A DNA stretch of 64,000 nt, taken from Podarcis pityusensis (lineage: Eukaryota). Under the pieces are notes generated by a model. It searched no databases. It saw only the letters and a program-made list of their open reading frames with translations, and was not told the DNA's origin. Position 1 is the first letter of the stretch. Every line of letters starts with the position of its first letter. The position numbers and the translations under genes are program-made. The DNA is taken from assembly GCA_964106645.2 (NCBI GenBank), contig OZ067045.1. The stretch is one strand, 5' to 3'. This document shows positions 49,520-61,038 of the stretch, in pieces.

Positions 49520-49640
49520 GGGTTTAGATGGCCACGTGTCATGGATGCTTTAGCTGAGATTCCTGCACTGCAGGGGGTTGGACTAGATGACGCTTGGTGT
49601 CCCTTCCCACTCTACAATTCTACGATTCAATGATTCTGCA
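49520..49640 (+). mobile_element. CR1 3' tail
   Basis: gattcctgcactgcagggggttggactagatgac..tcccttcccactctacaattctacgattc. Confidence 0.8.
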
Positions 49641-50261
49641 ACTTCAACAAATCATACCTTGTTTAAAGCTTCTGCCAAAATTGTTATCCTGCTCAACTGA
49701 GTGGATAATCTCTCTCATTCTCTCTTTTAGGTGGCAACACCCCTACACACACATGGAACCACCCTTAAAAATTATAATGCGAGTATTAAATAGATTCCAA
49801 TTCCATTGGTTACAGTTGCAATTTTCCTACTGAACACATTTTCCTCGGTTCTGCTACTTCTGCTATGCCGGATTGCCCTCAAGGCTTGGTTCTGCATCTG
49901 GGCCTCTAGCCAAAATAAAGCCACGAGAGATAAAAGCACTTGCTATCGGAGTCTATTGAGCTGCTAGACTACAAAGCAGCATTTTGCCTGAAAGCAAAGG
50001 ACATGGATAGGAAACATATTTTTTGTGCAGAATCGAAATCTGGACCACATTAGAAAAAATGTATTGTTTGTCAGGCTGATCTAGCCACCTTGCCAATGTG
50101 ACAGATGGGGGAGAGTGGAAATGCAACCCTATATGTGTGCACTCAGAGCTGAGTTTCTTGAGACTTGCTCCAAGTACATGCATAAGAACGTAAGAAGAGC
50201 CCTGCTGGATCAGCATCCTGATCACACAGTGGTCGACCGGATGCCTGTGGGAAACCCATCC

Positions 50262-51044
50262 TACGGCTTCCAGAAATTTCCGCCCTCCTTTCCCAACAGG
50301 TGGGCGGAGTTTGCGACACCAAGCGGGCTTACCTGGTCTGGTGCCTCCCACCTGGATTAAGGTGGCTATTGTGCTGCCCCGGCCTGGGAGGACAATGGAT
50401 GGCCGGCTGAGGGTGGGGCGAAGGCCAAGGGAAAGAGGCCAACCCCTTCAGCCAAACCTCACTTTGTTTTCTTCTCTCCCAGGTTCACCCACCCATCCCT
50501 CCCAAATTAATGATATTTTCTTGCAGCCTAATATTTTGCGTTCTGGGTCAGCGGGCGCTGCTATGGTCGTAAGATGGTTGCTGTATTCAGAACCAGGAAG
50601 GAATTTCCCCTGCATTGGCAGGTTTCTCCTTCCCCGTAGCATTTCGTCACAACTTGGGTGGTTTTTTAGGCCTTGGCAAGGTCTCCTTTAATCTATCTTC
50701 AAGTTGGGGGGGAGGCATTTCATGCACCCCCATGCGGCGGCGTTTGCAGGGCCCGTTAAAGGGTTGATTGTGGGAGTCCCTGGCCCTAGAGGGGCAGCAT
50801 GTAGGTCAAACTCCCGGCTGAGGTAAGGTGGGAGGGCACACTGTGTAAGCTTGTGCTTTACAGTCCCCTCCCACTGCACCTCATTGCCCTACACATCCTC
50901 AGCCCCAGACAGGCCAAGGCCTATGCCAAGTTTCCCACATTCTGAAGTTAAATAAAGTTGTGGTCAGTTTGAACCCATACTTCGGTCTCTGGTCTCATTT
51001 TGGGGGGTAGGCTCCATGGACAGGGTTCAGGGCGTGTGCTCGCA
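50262..51044 (+). mobile_element. Probable DIRS/Ngaro-type (tyrosine-recombinase retrotransposon) terminal-repeat remnant
   Basis: GC-rich non-coding unit with tgcga (50312) ... tcgca (51044) ends, no TSD, and cctatgcca..aataaagttgtgg near the 3' end, resembling recalled squamate DIRS-like repeats. Confidence 0.45.
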
Positions 51045-51142
51045 ATTGACATTCCAACTGGGGGTCTCTGGTTGCACTGCAGTCCTCCATCCTGCCAAGT
51101 GAATCACCCCCAAAATAGCTGGGGGAGGATTTTTAACTCCCC

Positions 51143-51390
51143 CATAAGAAGAGCCTGCTGGATCAGGCCAATGGCCCATCTAGTCCAGCATTTTCTTCTC
51201 ACAGTGGCCAGCCAGATTCCTAATGGGAAACCCTCAAGCAGAATCTAAGCAAAAGAGCCAGCTCCACTCTGTGCTTAGCAACAAGTGACATTCATAAACA
51301 TTACTGCCTCTGACCATGGATGCAGGGCATAGCCATCATGGCTAGTAGCCACTGATAGCCTTCATAAATTTGCCCAGTCCTCTGTTGAAG
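51143..51390 (-). mobile_element. CR1 3'UTR (a second short copy at 50181-50260)
   Basis: cataagaagagcctgctggatcaggccaatggcccatctagtccagca. Confidence 0.75.
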
Positions 51391-52170
51391 GATGCCTCAT
51401 TTGAAGGGTGGCTAGAATAATGGACTCTTAATTGTCTATAGTCACCCTTGTAGATATATATTCATTCAGATCCATTGCATGCAGATTCTCTTGGTTGCAC
51501 TGTAGCCATCACATGGCACTCATGATGGACTTCCTGATGTGCATTTGGATATGGCACATCTCATAAATCTTCTAGTCATGTATTAGAGTGTGGGTAGGAG
51601 TGCATATTAGAATGTGAATGGGACTACACATCCCCCAACCTTTGCCTTGGCTGCCCATACACAGCTGCATACCTCTCGAGCTGAATGGTTGCCTCCATCT
51701 CTAGAAACTGTGACCCTTGTTGTAATACAGCTCCCATCATCCTAGGCCATTGGCCATGCTGGCTGGGACTGGTCTGGAAGATAACAGATTGTACACTCCT
51801 GATCTATGGGATCCCTTAAAAAGACACAGACAATGTTTTCCTGAAACCCTTAGCAGGGTGTATCATTCTCTTGTTTTCCTAGTTCTGATGAGCTCGCTCC
51901 CAGGTTTGAAGAGATGGATCAAATAGAAGTTCATACAGAGACATATATGGGTCATCACAGACACGTGGGCAAAGAAGGCCTCAAGGAATATGAGAGTCAA
52001 GAACAAGGAACTATTATGGAAAGCACAAATAGAACCTAATTGATCTTGCTGTGGCCAGATGATTAGTGATTTGTGGTGATATGATGCTGACCTTTCTCAG
52101 TGGTGGCACTGGTGTTATGGAATGTACTCCATGCTAATATATGGGAGTCCCATTTGTAAGGGTATTCCGC

Positions 52171-52312
52171 CAGTGATAGCTCAGTTGGTAGAGCATGAGA
52201 CTCTTGATCCCAGGGTTATGGGTTCAAGACCCACATTGGATGAAAGATTCCTGCATTGCAAGGGGTTGGACTAGATGATCCTTATGGCCCCTTCTAGCTC
52301 TATAATTCTATG
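52171..52312 (+). mobile_element. Squam2-like SINE (tRNA-derived head + CR1 3' tail)
   Basis: tagctcagttggtagagc (A box), ggttcaagac (B box), then gattcctgcattgcaaggggttggactagatga..attctatg (CR1 tail). Confidence 0.85.
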
Positions 52313-53835
52313 CACCTGCTTACAGCGGCATTCCCTTTATCTCTCAACTTGTGTTTCTTATTTTAATGGCAATATTGTTTTAATGGGAGTTTTATTGTAT
52401 ACTTTAATGGTGAGCATTTATATTATAATGTTTGTGTAATTGGTTGTTATGCTTTGCAAATGACTTAGAAGCCTATTTTGGCATTAAGTGGTATATAAAT
52501 TAATTAAACTGGCCTGCCAGGTCAGGGTGGCCAGAGGCAAAACAGGTCCATTATCTTTTTACAACAACTGCCATCCATTCATCTCCCATATGAGATGTGA
52601 CAATCCATCAAGACAACCTCCCCAGACCCATGGAAATATCTGGAAAGATCTATTGGATTGGAGTCTTTAATATGCATTATAAACTGGTTCCAACTTTAAG
52701 CTGCTGTTGCACCTTTTCCCAAGAAATGGCAGACTAGCTGCTGTTGCTGTTGATTGTATTTTAAATTATGTTTATTACATGTGGAAAAGCAATAGAATAC
52801 ATTCTAAAATAAAAATAAAAAGTAGTATTAGTACAGCAGCTGTAGAATTCCTACTAGTAATAACAACAAAAAGGCCCCAAAGAGCAATAAAACAATTTGA
52901 ATGTTTGGTAACAGTGATCAGTTTGGCTGCATCAAATCTGCTGCTTTCAGAGGAAATACCCAAATTAGAGAATGTTTGGCTTGGTTCTATTGTATCTATT
53001 CAACTGCAACAAACCACAAAACTGCCTCTGGGTCTTGAAAAAGGCCAGAACCCAATGTTATCTATTACTTTTCTTTTTTCCTCATTTGCCTCTTCAATTG
53101 GCTGCCAAATGGAGGAAAAACAAAAACAAAACAAAACCCTCACCAGTCTCCAGAGCTTTCCAGACATCTCAGTGCAGATCAGCTGTCAAAGACTCAACAC
53201 ATCCTTCCCCCATCTCTGCCTAGTTATGTGTGTGTGTGTGTGTACCCACACACATATACACAGCAATCACTTCAGCAGACTAACACACTCTGCTCCATTA
53301 AGGTGTGACATTATTCTGCAGTGTTAAGAACACTATATTTATTTACATGGCTGAGGGGGATTTAGCGTGGAGAAAGGGAGAAATAAACTGCTGATAGCTT
53401 GCTGAATGGTATCTCTGCCACCCAGCAATGAAAGAAAGGACTCCAAAAATTCCATAGTGATATGTTCCATAAAAAAATTAGACAACTTTAGCTAAAACAT
53501 CTACAGCTTTTTCCACAGATTATATAAAAACAAGTTTTAGCATCAGCATAATTCTAAGCATTCGCATATCTTTCTGGAGCAAATTTGTAAGTCAATGCTT
53601 AAAATGTATTGTGGGTTTGGAGGTGGGGTCAGTCTGGATGATGCCCTACTCCCTTCCAATTCTTGAGATCCTGCATCTGTGGAGGGTAGAATTATAAAAG
53701 CAAGGTTTCCAAACCAGTCTATTTGTCTAGGTAATGGTTTTGGCTAGCTAGTTAAGTACCATAGTTGGCATAACCGAAGAAGTTGCTCTGTGCCATAGAA
53801 CAAATGGGTGGGCCTTTCCGCCCTACTGTCCCTTT

Positions 53836-54002
53836 CCTGTCTCGTTGCACCAGAAGCAGTTTAGTCATGCTGGTCACATGACCCAGAAAGCTGTCTGTGG
53901 ACAAACGCTGGCTCCCTTGGCCTGAAAAGCGAGATGAGCGCCGGACCCCATAGTTGCCTTTGACTGGACTTAACCATTCAGGGGTCCTTTTCCTTGACCT
54001 TT
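53836..54002 (+). mobile_element. Sauria SINE 3' half (same subfamily as 5501-5877)
   Basis: agcagtttagtcatgctgg..gctgtctgtggacaa..ggactggacttaacc..ggggtcc. Confidence 0.85.
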
Positions 54003-54229
54003 AAAATAAGAATTTTAAAATGTCATATAATTGCTTCTGTTCTGTCAGTCACTCTGAAAGCTTAAGTTGAAGAGCAGCTGACAGTGCAAATAAGAAAAAA
54101 AGAAAGAAATACAATTAAAATGTTCTTTCTCATAGTAAACAACAGCAGCTTTTGCTTCCTGTTTAAAGAGATATTTGGATTACTCCCTCAATGGATGACC
54201 AAAGCTCTGGAATGCCAGAAGACAATTTC

Positions 54230-55760
54230 CTGATGCCTTCCCTCTAGTGGTGACACCTGACACCAATCTTGGTGGTATCATTTAACAGATTAATTGATGT
54301 GAATTTCAGATTTGTTAAGGAGTCAAATTAATCAACGTCCAGCTTTGTTTGCAACATCAAACCAACGCAATGCACTGAAGCCAGAGTTCATGTGAACATG
54401 CCATAGTCATTACTTCAAATCCGAAGCATCGTTAATGGAAACCAATCTCTTGAATTTGATTCTTGATCAGGATAGGCCAGATTGGTTTTCAGCTTAGCGG
54501 CTATTAAATGCATGCTCTGAATTAACGAGAAAACATTAAGGTTTAAATTACTTTCCCTCCCCTCTTTAGAAGTACAGTTTTGTAGGAGAAGCCAGGGAGG
54601 TTTAACAGTTTCTGCGAGCCTATTTTGTTCAATTCATGGTGAATTTGAACATCTTTCTCACAGGGAGCCTGCTGCTATGAAGTTCCCCTTTGTTTTCGCC
54701 GTTTGGGTTGTGAAGCCTCTGTTTTTCAAATCTAAATGTACTGTTCTGCCAAGTGTTCTGGGTCGATAATTTTGACAGAGAGACAAAGCTTTCTCTTATT
54801 AGTGCTGGGAGAGACCTTTCCCCACCCATTCTCCAACAAGGCGTGGTTCCCCCCCACCCGTAAAAGTTGACCTGTGGGGTGGGAGTGATGAAAGAAATAT
54901 CTCCCCACAGCCAACAACCAAAAAACAAACCCCTCCCTCTGATTGAGGCATCCCAAATAGAGTTTTCCAAGGTTACACATTTTCACAGGAGTCATTGCAA
55001 TGTTAGACCAATGTTTCAATCTGTCAGACACACTTTGGCCACAGCTGAGCTTCCAGGTGAATTATTCTACTCTTCCAAAAATGCATAAGTACAAGAATGT
55101 AAGAATGATGCAAATCTGTTTCAACACTTTCCCTAGCACTTCCTTCCTTCTATCGAATCTCCGCCTTAAACGTCGCATCCTAAGCACTGATATCTAAAGA
55201 GATGGCAAGAGCTCAGAGCCAAATCCCGAACCGTCTCCAGACCTCTTTGTCTTGTCTGTTAGAGGCATCTTTTGCGATCCCACAAATAATCAATAAATTA
55301 AGCCCTGTGTGCTTTCGTCTGCCTCTTCTCTTTTTTAGTCATTCACCTTGCTGTCTGCATAGGACACTCAGAGATCATCCCCCCCCAACTTGCTTCTGCA
55401 AAATGTTTTTTAATAAGGCCCTGATTATTTGATATTTATATTGTCATCAACATGTTTTGTCTAAGATCTAATATCACATCCTCCCCTCTGAAGTTTAAAT
55501 CTTTCCTTGTCGTCTCTCTGCTCTTTTGAACTGTAAGGCTTATTATCTGGATATGCAGAATCTTTATGTAAATGGCCTGCCAAATCTGTCAGTAGGACTC
55601 AACCGTTCTTCTATTGAGGAGATATGTTTCCCTTTGTTACTACTGGCTGTAGAATTCATTATTCTTACATCTCTCCCTGTGGTGAATTCTAAATGGGTTC
55701 TCCTATTCTTGTGCCTCTTTCTTCTGTTCCAGGAATGCATCTGTAACCACATCGTCTGAG
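54230..55760. promoter_or_regulatory. Long repeat-free block; candidate cluster of conserved non-coding elements
   Basis: ~1.5 kb with no recognisable TE, many TAAT cores, CTCF-like motif at 54237-54250. Confidence 0.4.
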
Positions 55761-55802
55761 GAGGAGGAAGTGGGGAACCCTCATTAAAGACCATCCACTT
55801 CA

Positions 55803-56205
55803 TTTTTTTTCCCATATCATTTTTATTAATTTTCCAACACAATTATACATTTTTCTCCATATTTTAACAAATTAAACTTTTTGACTTCCTCCCGCTTCTC
55901 TGGTAATCATCCATATTTACTCTTCAATTACGCATTCCCTTAATTGTATTGCCATTTGTCTTCTCTCCCCTTTCTATTTCTTATTAACAATACATCTCAT
56001 ACTTTTACAGTGCTTCTTGAAACCCCACTAGCGTTGTTTGCACATCACATAGCATTTTCAGATAATCTACAAACTTTCCCCAATCTTCAATGAACTTTTG
56101 GTTTCGAACATATCTTATTTTCCCAGTCAGACTATCCAGTTCCGCATAGTCCGTTAATTTCAATCTTCATTCTTGTATCGTCGGTACTTCCTCTTGTTTC
56201 CATTT
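55803..56205 (-). mobile_element. L1-clade LINE 3' end (family A), degenerate
   Basis: Minus-strand remnant KWKQEEVPTIQE*RLKLTDYAELDSLTGKIR..FIEDWGKFVDYL, then 3'UTR and A-rich tail. Confidence 0.8.
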
Positions 56206-57455
56206 CTGTTTTTGTTTTTTTAAATGATATTTATTAAAGTTTCAAAGAAAAAATTACATAGATAAAAAGAAAAGAAAAAGAAAAAGAAATAAAAAATAAA
56301 AAAATACAAAATACAGAAAAAAGATAAAAAGCACTTTAAAAAAACCACATCGATCTTTCCATAACTTACATTTCATTTCCTTACTTCCCTGACTTCCTCA
56401 CACCTCCCTTTTTTGTATTCCAGTTCTATTAGTTAATTCAGCAATTCCTTTCCCTCTTTGTTTTTGTCTTAATCCTTTAACTTAACATATTATAACTTTA
56501 GATTCTCATCTGTTAACAATCCATTTGTACATACACCTTTATAACATTGCTGCTAAGACCACTTAATTTCATTCTGACATCATTCTAACATTCATTAATT
56601 TTGCAATATTTCTGTAGATAGTCTTTAAATTTCTTCCAATCTTCTTCCACCGACTCTTCTCCCTGGTCTCGGATTCTGCCAGTCATTTCCGCCAGTTTCA
56701 TATAGTCCATCACCTTCATCTGCCATTCTTCCAGAGTGGGTAAATCTTGTGTCTTCCAATACTATGCAATAAGTATTCTTGCTGCTGTTGTGGCATACAT
56801 AAAGAAAATTCTGTCCTTCTTTGGCACCAATTGGCCAACCATGCCCAGGAGAAAAGCCTCTGGTTTCTTCAAGAAGGTATATTTATATACCTTTTTCATT
56901 TCATTATAGATCATCTCCCAGAAAGCCTTAATCCTTGGGCACGTCCACCAAAGGTGAAAGAATGTACCTTCAGTCTCTTTACATTTCCAACATTTATTAT
57001 CGGGCAAGTGATAGATTTTTGCAAGCTTGACTGGTGTCATGTACCACCTGTATATCATTTTCATAATATTCTCTCTTAAGGCATTACATGCCGTAAACTT
57101 CATACCTGTGGTCCATAACTGTTCCCAGTCAGCCATCATTATGTTATGTCCAACATCTTGTGCCCACTTAATCATAGCAGATTTAACCGTTTCATCCTGA
57201 GTATTCCATTTCAACAGCAAGTTATACATCTTTGACAAAATCTTAGTTTTGGGTTCTAACAGTTCTGTTTCTAATTTTGATTTTTCCACCTGGAAGCCTA
57301 TTTTCTTATCCAAATTATATGCCTCCATTATCTGATAATAATGAAGCCAATCTCGCACTTTATTTTTTAGTTTTTCAAAACTCTGCAATTTCAATTTGTC
57401 TCCCTCTTGTTCCAAAATTTCCCACTATTTCGGCCATTTGGCCTCCATATTGAGT
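56206..57455 (-). mobile_element. L1-clade LINE, 5'-truncated (family B): ORF2 C-terminus + 3'UTR + A-rich tail
   Basis: ORF 56762-57415 has the CCHC knuckle CWKCKETEGTFFHLWWTC; frame continues past one TAG (56762-56764) as YWKTQDLPTLEEWQMKVMDY..EEDWKKFKDYLQKYCKINEC to the stop at 56585. Confidence 0.93.
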
Positions 57456-57558
57456 ATTGGGGGGAATGCAGGAATGTCTAAGGTGGTATAATAGTGATTT
57501 ACATGTATCGTGCAGATAGAGCCATAGTCTGGAATTTGAGTGTATTAGGGATCTTCTA

Positions 57559-57567
57559 GTATTATTA

Positions 57568-57603
<36 letters not shown>

Positions 57604-57648
57604 ATGATAATATGATATATTATTATCATTATCATAATCATTATCATT
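57559..57648 (+). repeat. (ATT)n/(ATCATT)n compound microsatellite
   Basis: Direct reading. Confidence 0.9.
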
Positions 57649-58336
57649 AACATGCATCTCCAGTTTGCTGCAACTTCTATGTCTTCAGGTTGTTTGAGTC
57701 TTACATTTCCACTTCATTGTGTTGTTTAAAGCTTTGGCCCTCCAGGGAATTTAATTTTTAAAAAAACCTGATTTAATTTAAGTGGTTTCAGGTTAAAATT
57801 ATGTTCAGATACATGAACGTGTTCCCTTTTCAACGCTTATTTGCACAGATTTACTGCCACTTGCTTTTGGGCTAATTGGATTGATAAACAACCCTTGCCG
57901 GACAGCCTTGTAAATTGAGGGAAAATAAAGCACACCTTACAGGTAATTTTCAGCAATGTTGAAATTATTTAGTTGTTTCCCCTAGGCACTTTGTTTACAG
58001 TAGTTTACTTCTTAATTAAGGTTATTTGCCCTCAAGGATGTTGAGGTTGGCTGGTCTGGATGAAAACAAGTAAATATGTTAATTCGGAGGATGTTGAATA
58101 TTCATATATGTAGACTGAATTTTATTATTTCTCTGGTTATTTTTCCCAACAGGGACGAAAAGAAAATCCAAGATAAAATAACACAGGGAAGCATTGTATG
58201 CGAGAAACTTGAAGTGAGGAGGAAATGGATAGAGTGGAAAAGTAGAAAAGAGAAGTTAAAAGTTATTTATTTGTTCATTCTCCTGAATTTACAAGCCATT
58301 TCGAGGGCTCAATGCAATAGGTGACTTATTCAACCC

Positions 58337-58478
58337 CAGGGGGTAAGGAAAACCTTTGGCCCTTCAGATGTTGTTGAACTACAACTCCCATCAGTCTCAT
58401 ACATCGTGGCTAATGGCTAGGGATGGTGGGAGTTGTAGTCCAGCAACATCTGGAGGTCTAAAAGTTACACCATCTCTA
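58337..58478. mobile_element. Palindromic hAT-like MITE (other copies at ~36405-36520, 46810-46920, 47030-47092, 51720-51800)
   Basis: cagatgttgttgaactacaactcccatca .. tggtgggagttgtagtccagcaacatctg, a near-perfect hairpin. Confidence 0.75.
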
Positions 58479-58782
58479 GCCACAAAAAGGCAGCTTGACT
58501 TTATTGGCTATTTATGATGTATTTATACCCCAGCTTTTTCTTCAAGGAACTCAAGGTGGTGTACATGTTTCCTTCCCCCCTCCTCATTTAATCTCCACAA
58601 CAACCCTGTGAGGTATGTTAAACTGAGAGGCCCAAGCACACCCAGTGGACTGAGTGGGAAATTGAAATCCTGGAAAATGCAGAAGACTGGGCATAGAGTG
58701 TTGATTATTGGAAAAGTCAAATGGAAAACCAAGAGGGGAAATGAACCACCTTTCCTGAACTCCTAACAGTTTCCAGCATGCC

Positions 58783-59108
58783 TGAAATATATTCCGAGTC
58801 GAGAGTGGATTTCATGCTCTTTATTCAGCTCATAGTGGTGAGGAGGAATGAAAGTCCCCCCAAGGTATCTGCTTTATATACATTATTTACACAATGGGCT
58901 GCACGTGATTGGCTAATTCTGGAATTCTCCTGTAAGCCAATCAGGTTGTGGATTCACTTCCATCTGGAGCTGGATTGGGTGTCTCCTGCAGACCAATCAT
59001 ACTGCTGCATTGTTCTAGGACCAATCAGACTGCTGCATTTTGAATCCTATTGTTCTAGGACCAATCAGACTGCTGCATTTTGGATCCTATTCAACTCAGT
59101 ACATAACA
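58783..59108 (-). mobile_element. Solo LTR (326 bp)
   Basis: Minus strand tgttatgt...atatttca; perfect 5-bp TSD atgcc (58778-58782, 59109-59113); minus-strand TATATAAA and AATAAA in LTR order; six CCAAT boxes. Confidence 0.9.
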
Positions 59109-61007
59109 ATGCCAGAAGAATGGATGCATGTATGTTGCCCTGAATAGCAGCACCTTTGCTGTTGGGCAGGAGCTAACACACTGCAACATTTCATTGCTGG
59201 TCCTGAATTTATAGAACATATGAAACAATATATAAATGCCAAGGAATATATTGTAGCAGACATAGCAAAGCTGCCAATCTATTTCCATCAATCATTTACC
59301 TAGCTGCCTCAATCAAGCTTTTCCAATCTTGAGGCTGACAAGAACACTTGCCATGCTCTGGGATCGAGTGGGTGCATGTACCCCCAGAGCAGAAAGTCCT
59401 GGGAAGTTTCCACTTAGTCTCTCACATTGAAGAGGATCTAAGTGAGGCTGGGCAAGTGAGGGAGAGTGAAATGATACTGCCTTTAAATGAGAGGTGTTGT
59501 CTGTCAGAGTGGAGAACACTGGGAACAGAGGGACCCAGTCCTGGCCTGACCATCTGGCAGCTCTGACAAATGCCAGAGGGGTCTCTGCACTCAGGGGCTG
59601 GTGGGCCAGTGTTCATGAAAAAGAAATGAAATCAGATGGATCATCAAGGAGCCTGGCTGCCTAGTGAATGTGTGTGTGTCAACATGCACAGACCTTCGGT
59701 TTTTTATTTTACTGCATTTCAAAAAGCTCTCATCTTTTCATTTGGATGGCTTTTTCAGAAAAAGCAGCAGAAGGGGAGATTTTTCTCTCTCTTACCCACT
59801 GCCATCAGTTTATTTATATGCCACTTTTCCATATTAGAACCATGCTGAAGACAGCCCACAAGTTATAGAATGAAACCTAACAGCATTCCAAGATAATGCA
59901 TCAACAGTTACAAACAGAACACGACTAAAACAAAAAGTCACACTAATATCAACAGGGCAAACGGACATCTCGTGTTAATTAAACACTGAAGCATCCAAAT
60001 AGCAGCAAAGAAACCCTCTCCCAGGCAGGTGGAAAGCTTGCCCTACATGATTTCAGCAGACTCTCCCCTGCAGACTCTTCGCCAAAGATTTTCAAAATGG
60101 AAATAAGAATATCTGGGGCATATTATCCTAAATTATTCGTAGCATTGCTTAATCGAGTAAAAGAAGACGCCATTTTGACTTGTGGGGCAGGGAGGGGCAT
60201 GTTTGCCTCCACTCCTCTCTTATTGGAAGGAAGCTTGGCAAATTTGCTCCCAGAGGTGGTGGTGTGGTGTTGCAGTGAAGATCACTCAGTGAAGGTTCCA
60301 ATCCTGCTCCTTGGCATGGTTATTCTCTGCAGGAAAGCACAGAAGTGCCTTGCACCAGGTGGGAAGGAGAATGGGGTCCTACCTTCTCCCAGTGGTCATG
60401 GTAGGTCTCGGACTGTTGTGGGACTTTCTCACCCAATGCCTGTCTCTCCTTCCTGCATGATGCCCTGCCCCACAGATTGCTCTGGGCCACCCAAACTGAC
60501 CTGCAGGGATTGGTGACTGCCTGTACCCAATTCATCTGATGCCTGAGTCCCTCCAAATATGCCCAATCTGGCTGGGTGCTCTCCCAAATCCAGTGCACAG
60601 CCCAAATACTTAAGATGCTTCAACATCTTTGGATGGTAACCTATCTATAAATGGAAATGGGGCACCAAGGGCAGTCTCAAAGTAAACCCACTGAAATTAA
60701 CAGACATATCAGGTCCATCCATTTTCAGCCGGTCCCCTTTGAGCAGAACTTTGTGGGATACACCCCCAAATGTTTGCTTGCTTGGGATCTCCCACAAGTT
60801 TGTGTTAATTCACAGCCAAAATGCTTACTGCAGACTCCTTCCAGGCTTTCATGGCCTTGTGTAAATTCTTGACATTGTATTTCTCTGTGTTATGTGTGTC
60901 CCTTGCCTTTTCCATCACAAAGAGTGATGTGTTATCAGCCCAGCTCCATTTTTCTTTGTTATGATCCAATAATAGCCCAAGTGTAAAAGTGAATAGAGCT
61001 TTGTTTG

Positions 61008-61038
<31 letters not shown>

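Noticed and set aside
52171-52245. tRNA gene
   Set aside because: No proper acceptor stem or oligo-T terminator; fused to a CR1 tail, so it is a SINE head
52707-53327. 206-aa ORF
   Set aside because: Non-ATG start, includes (TG)n and A-rich low-complexity sequence, no recognisable protein
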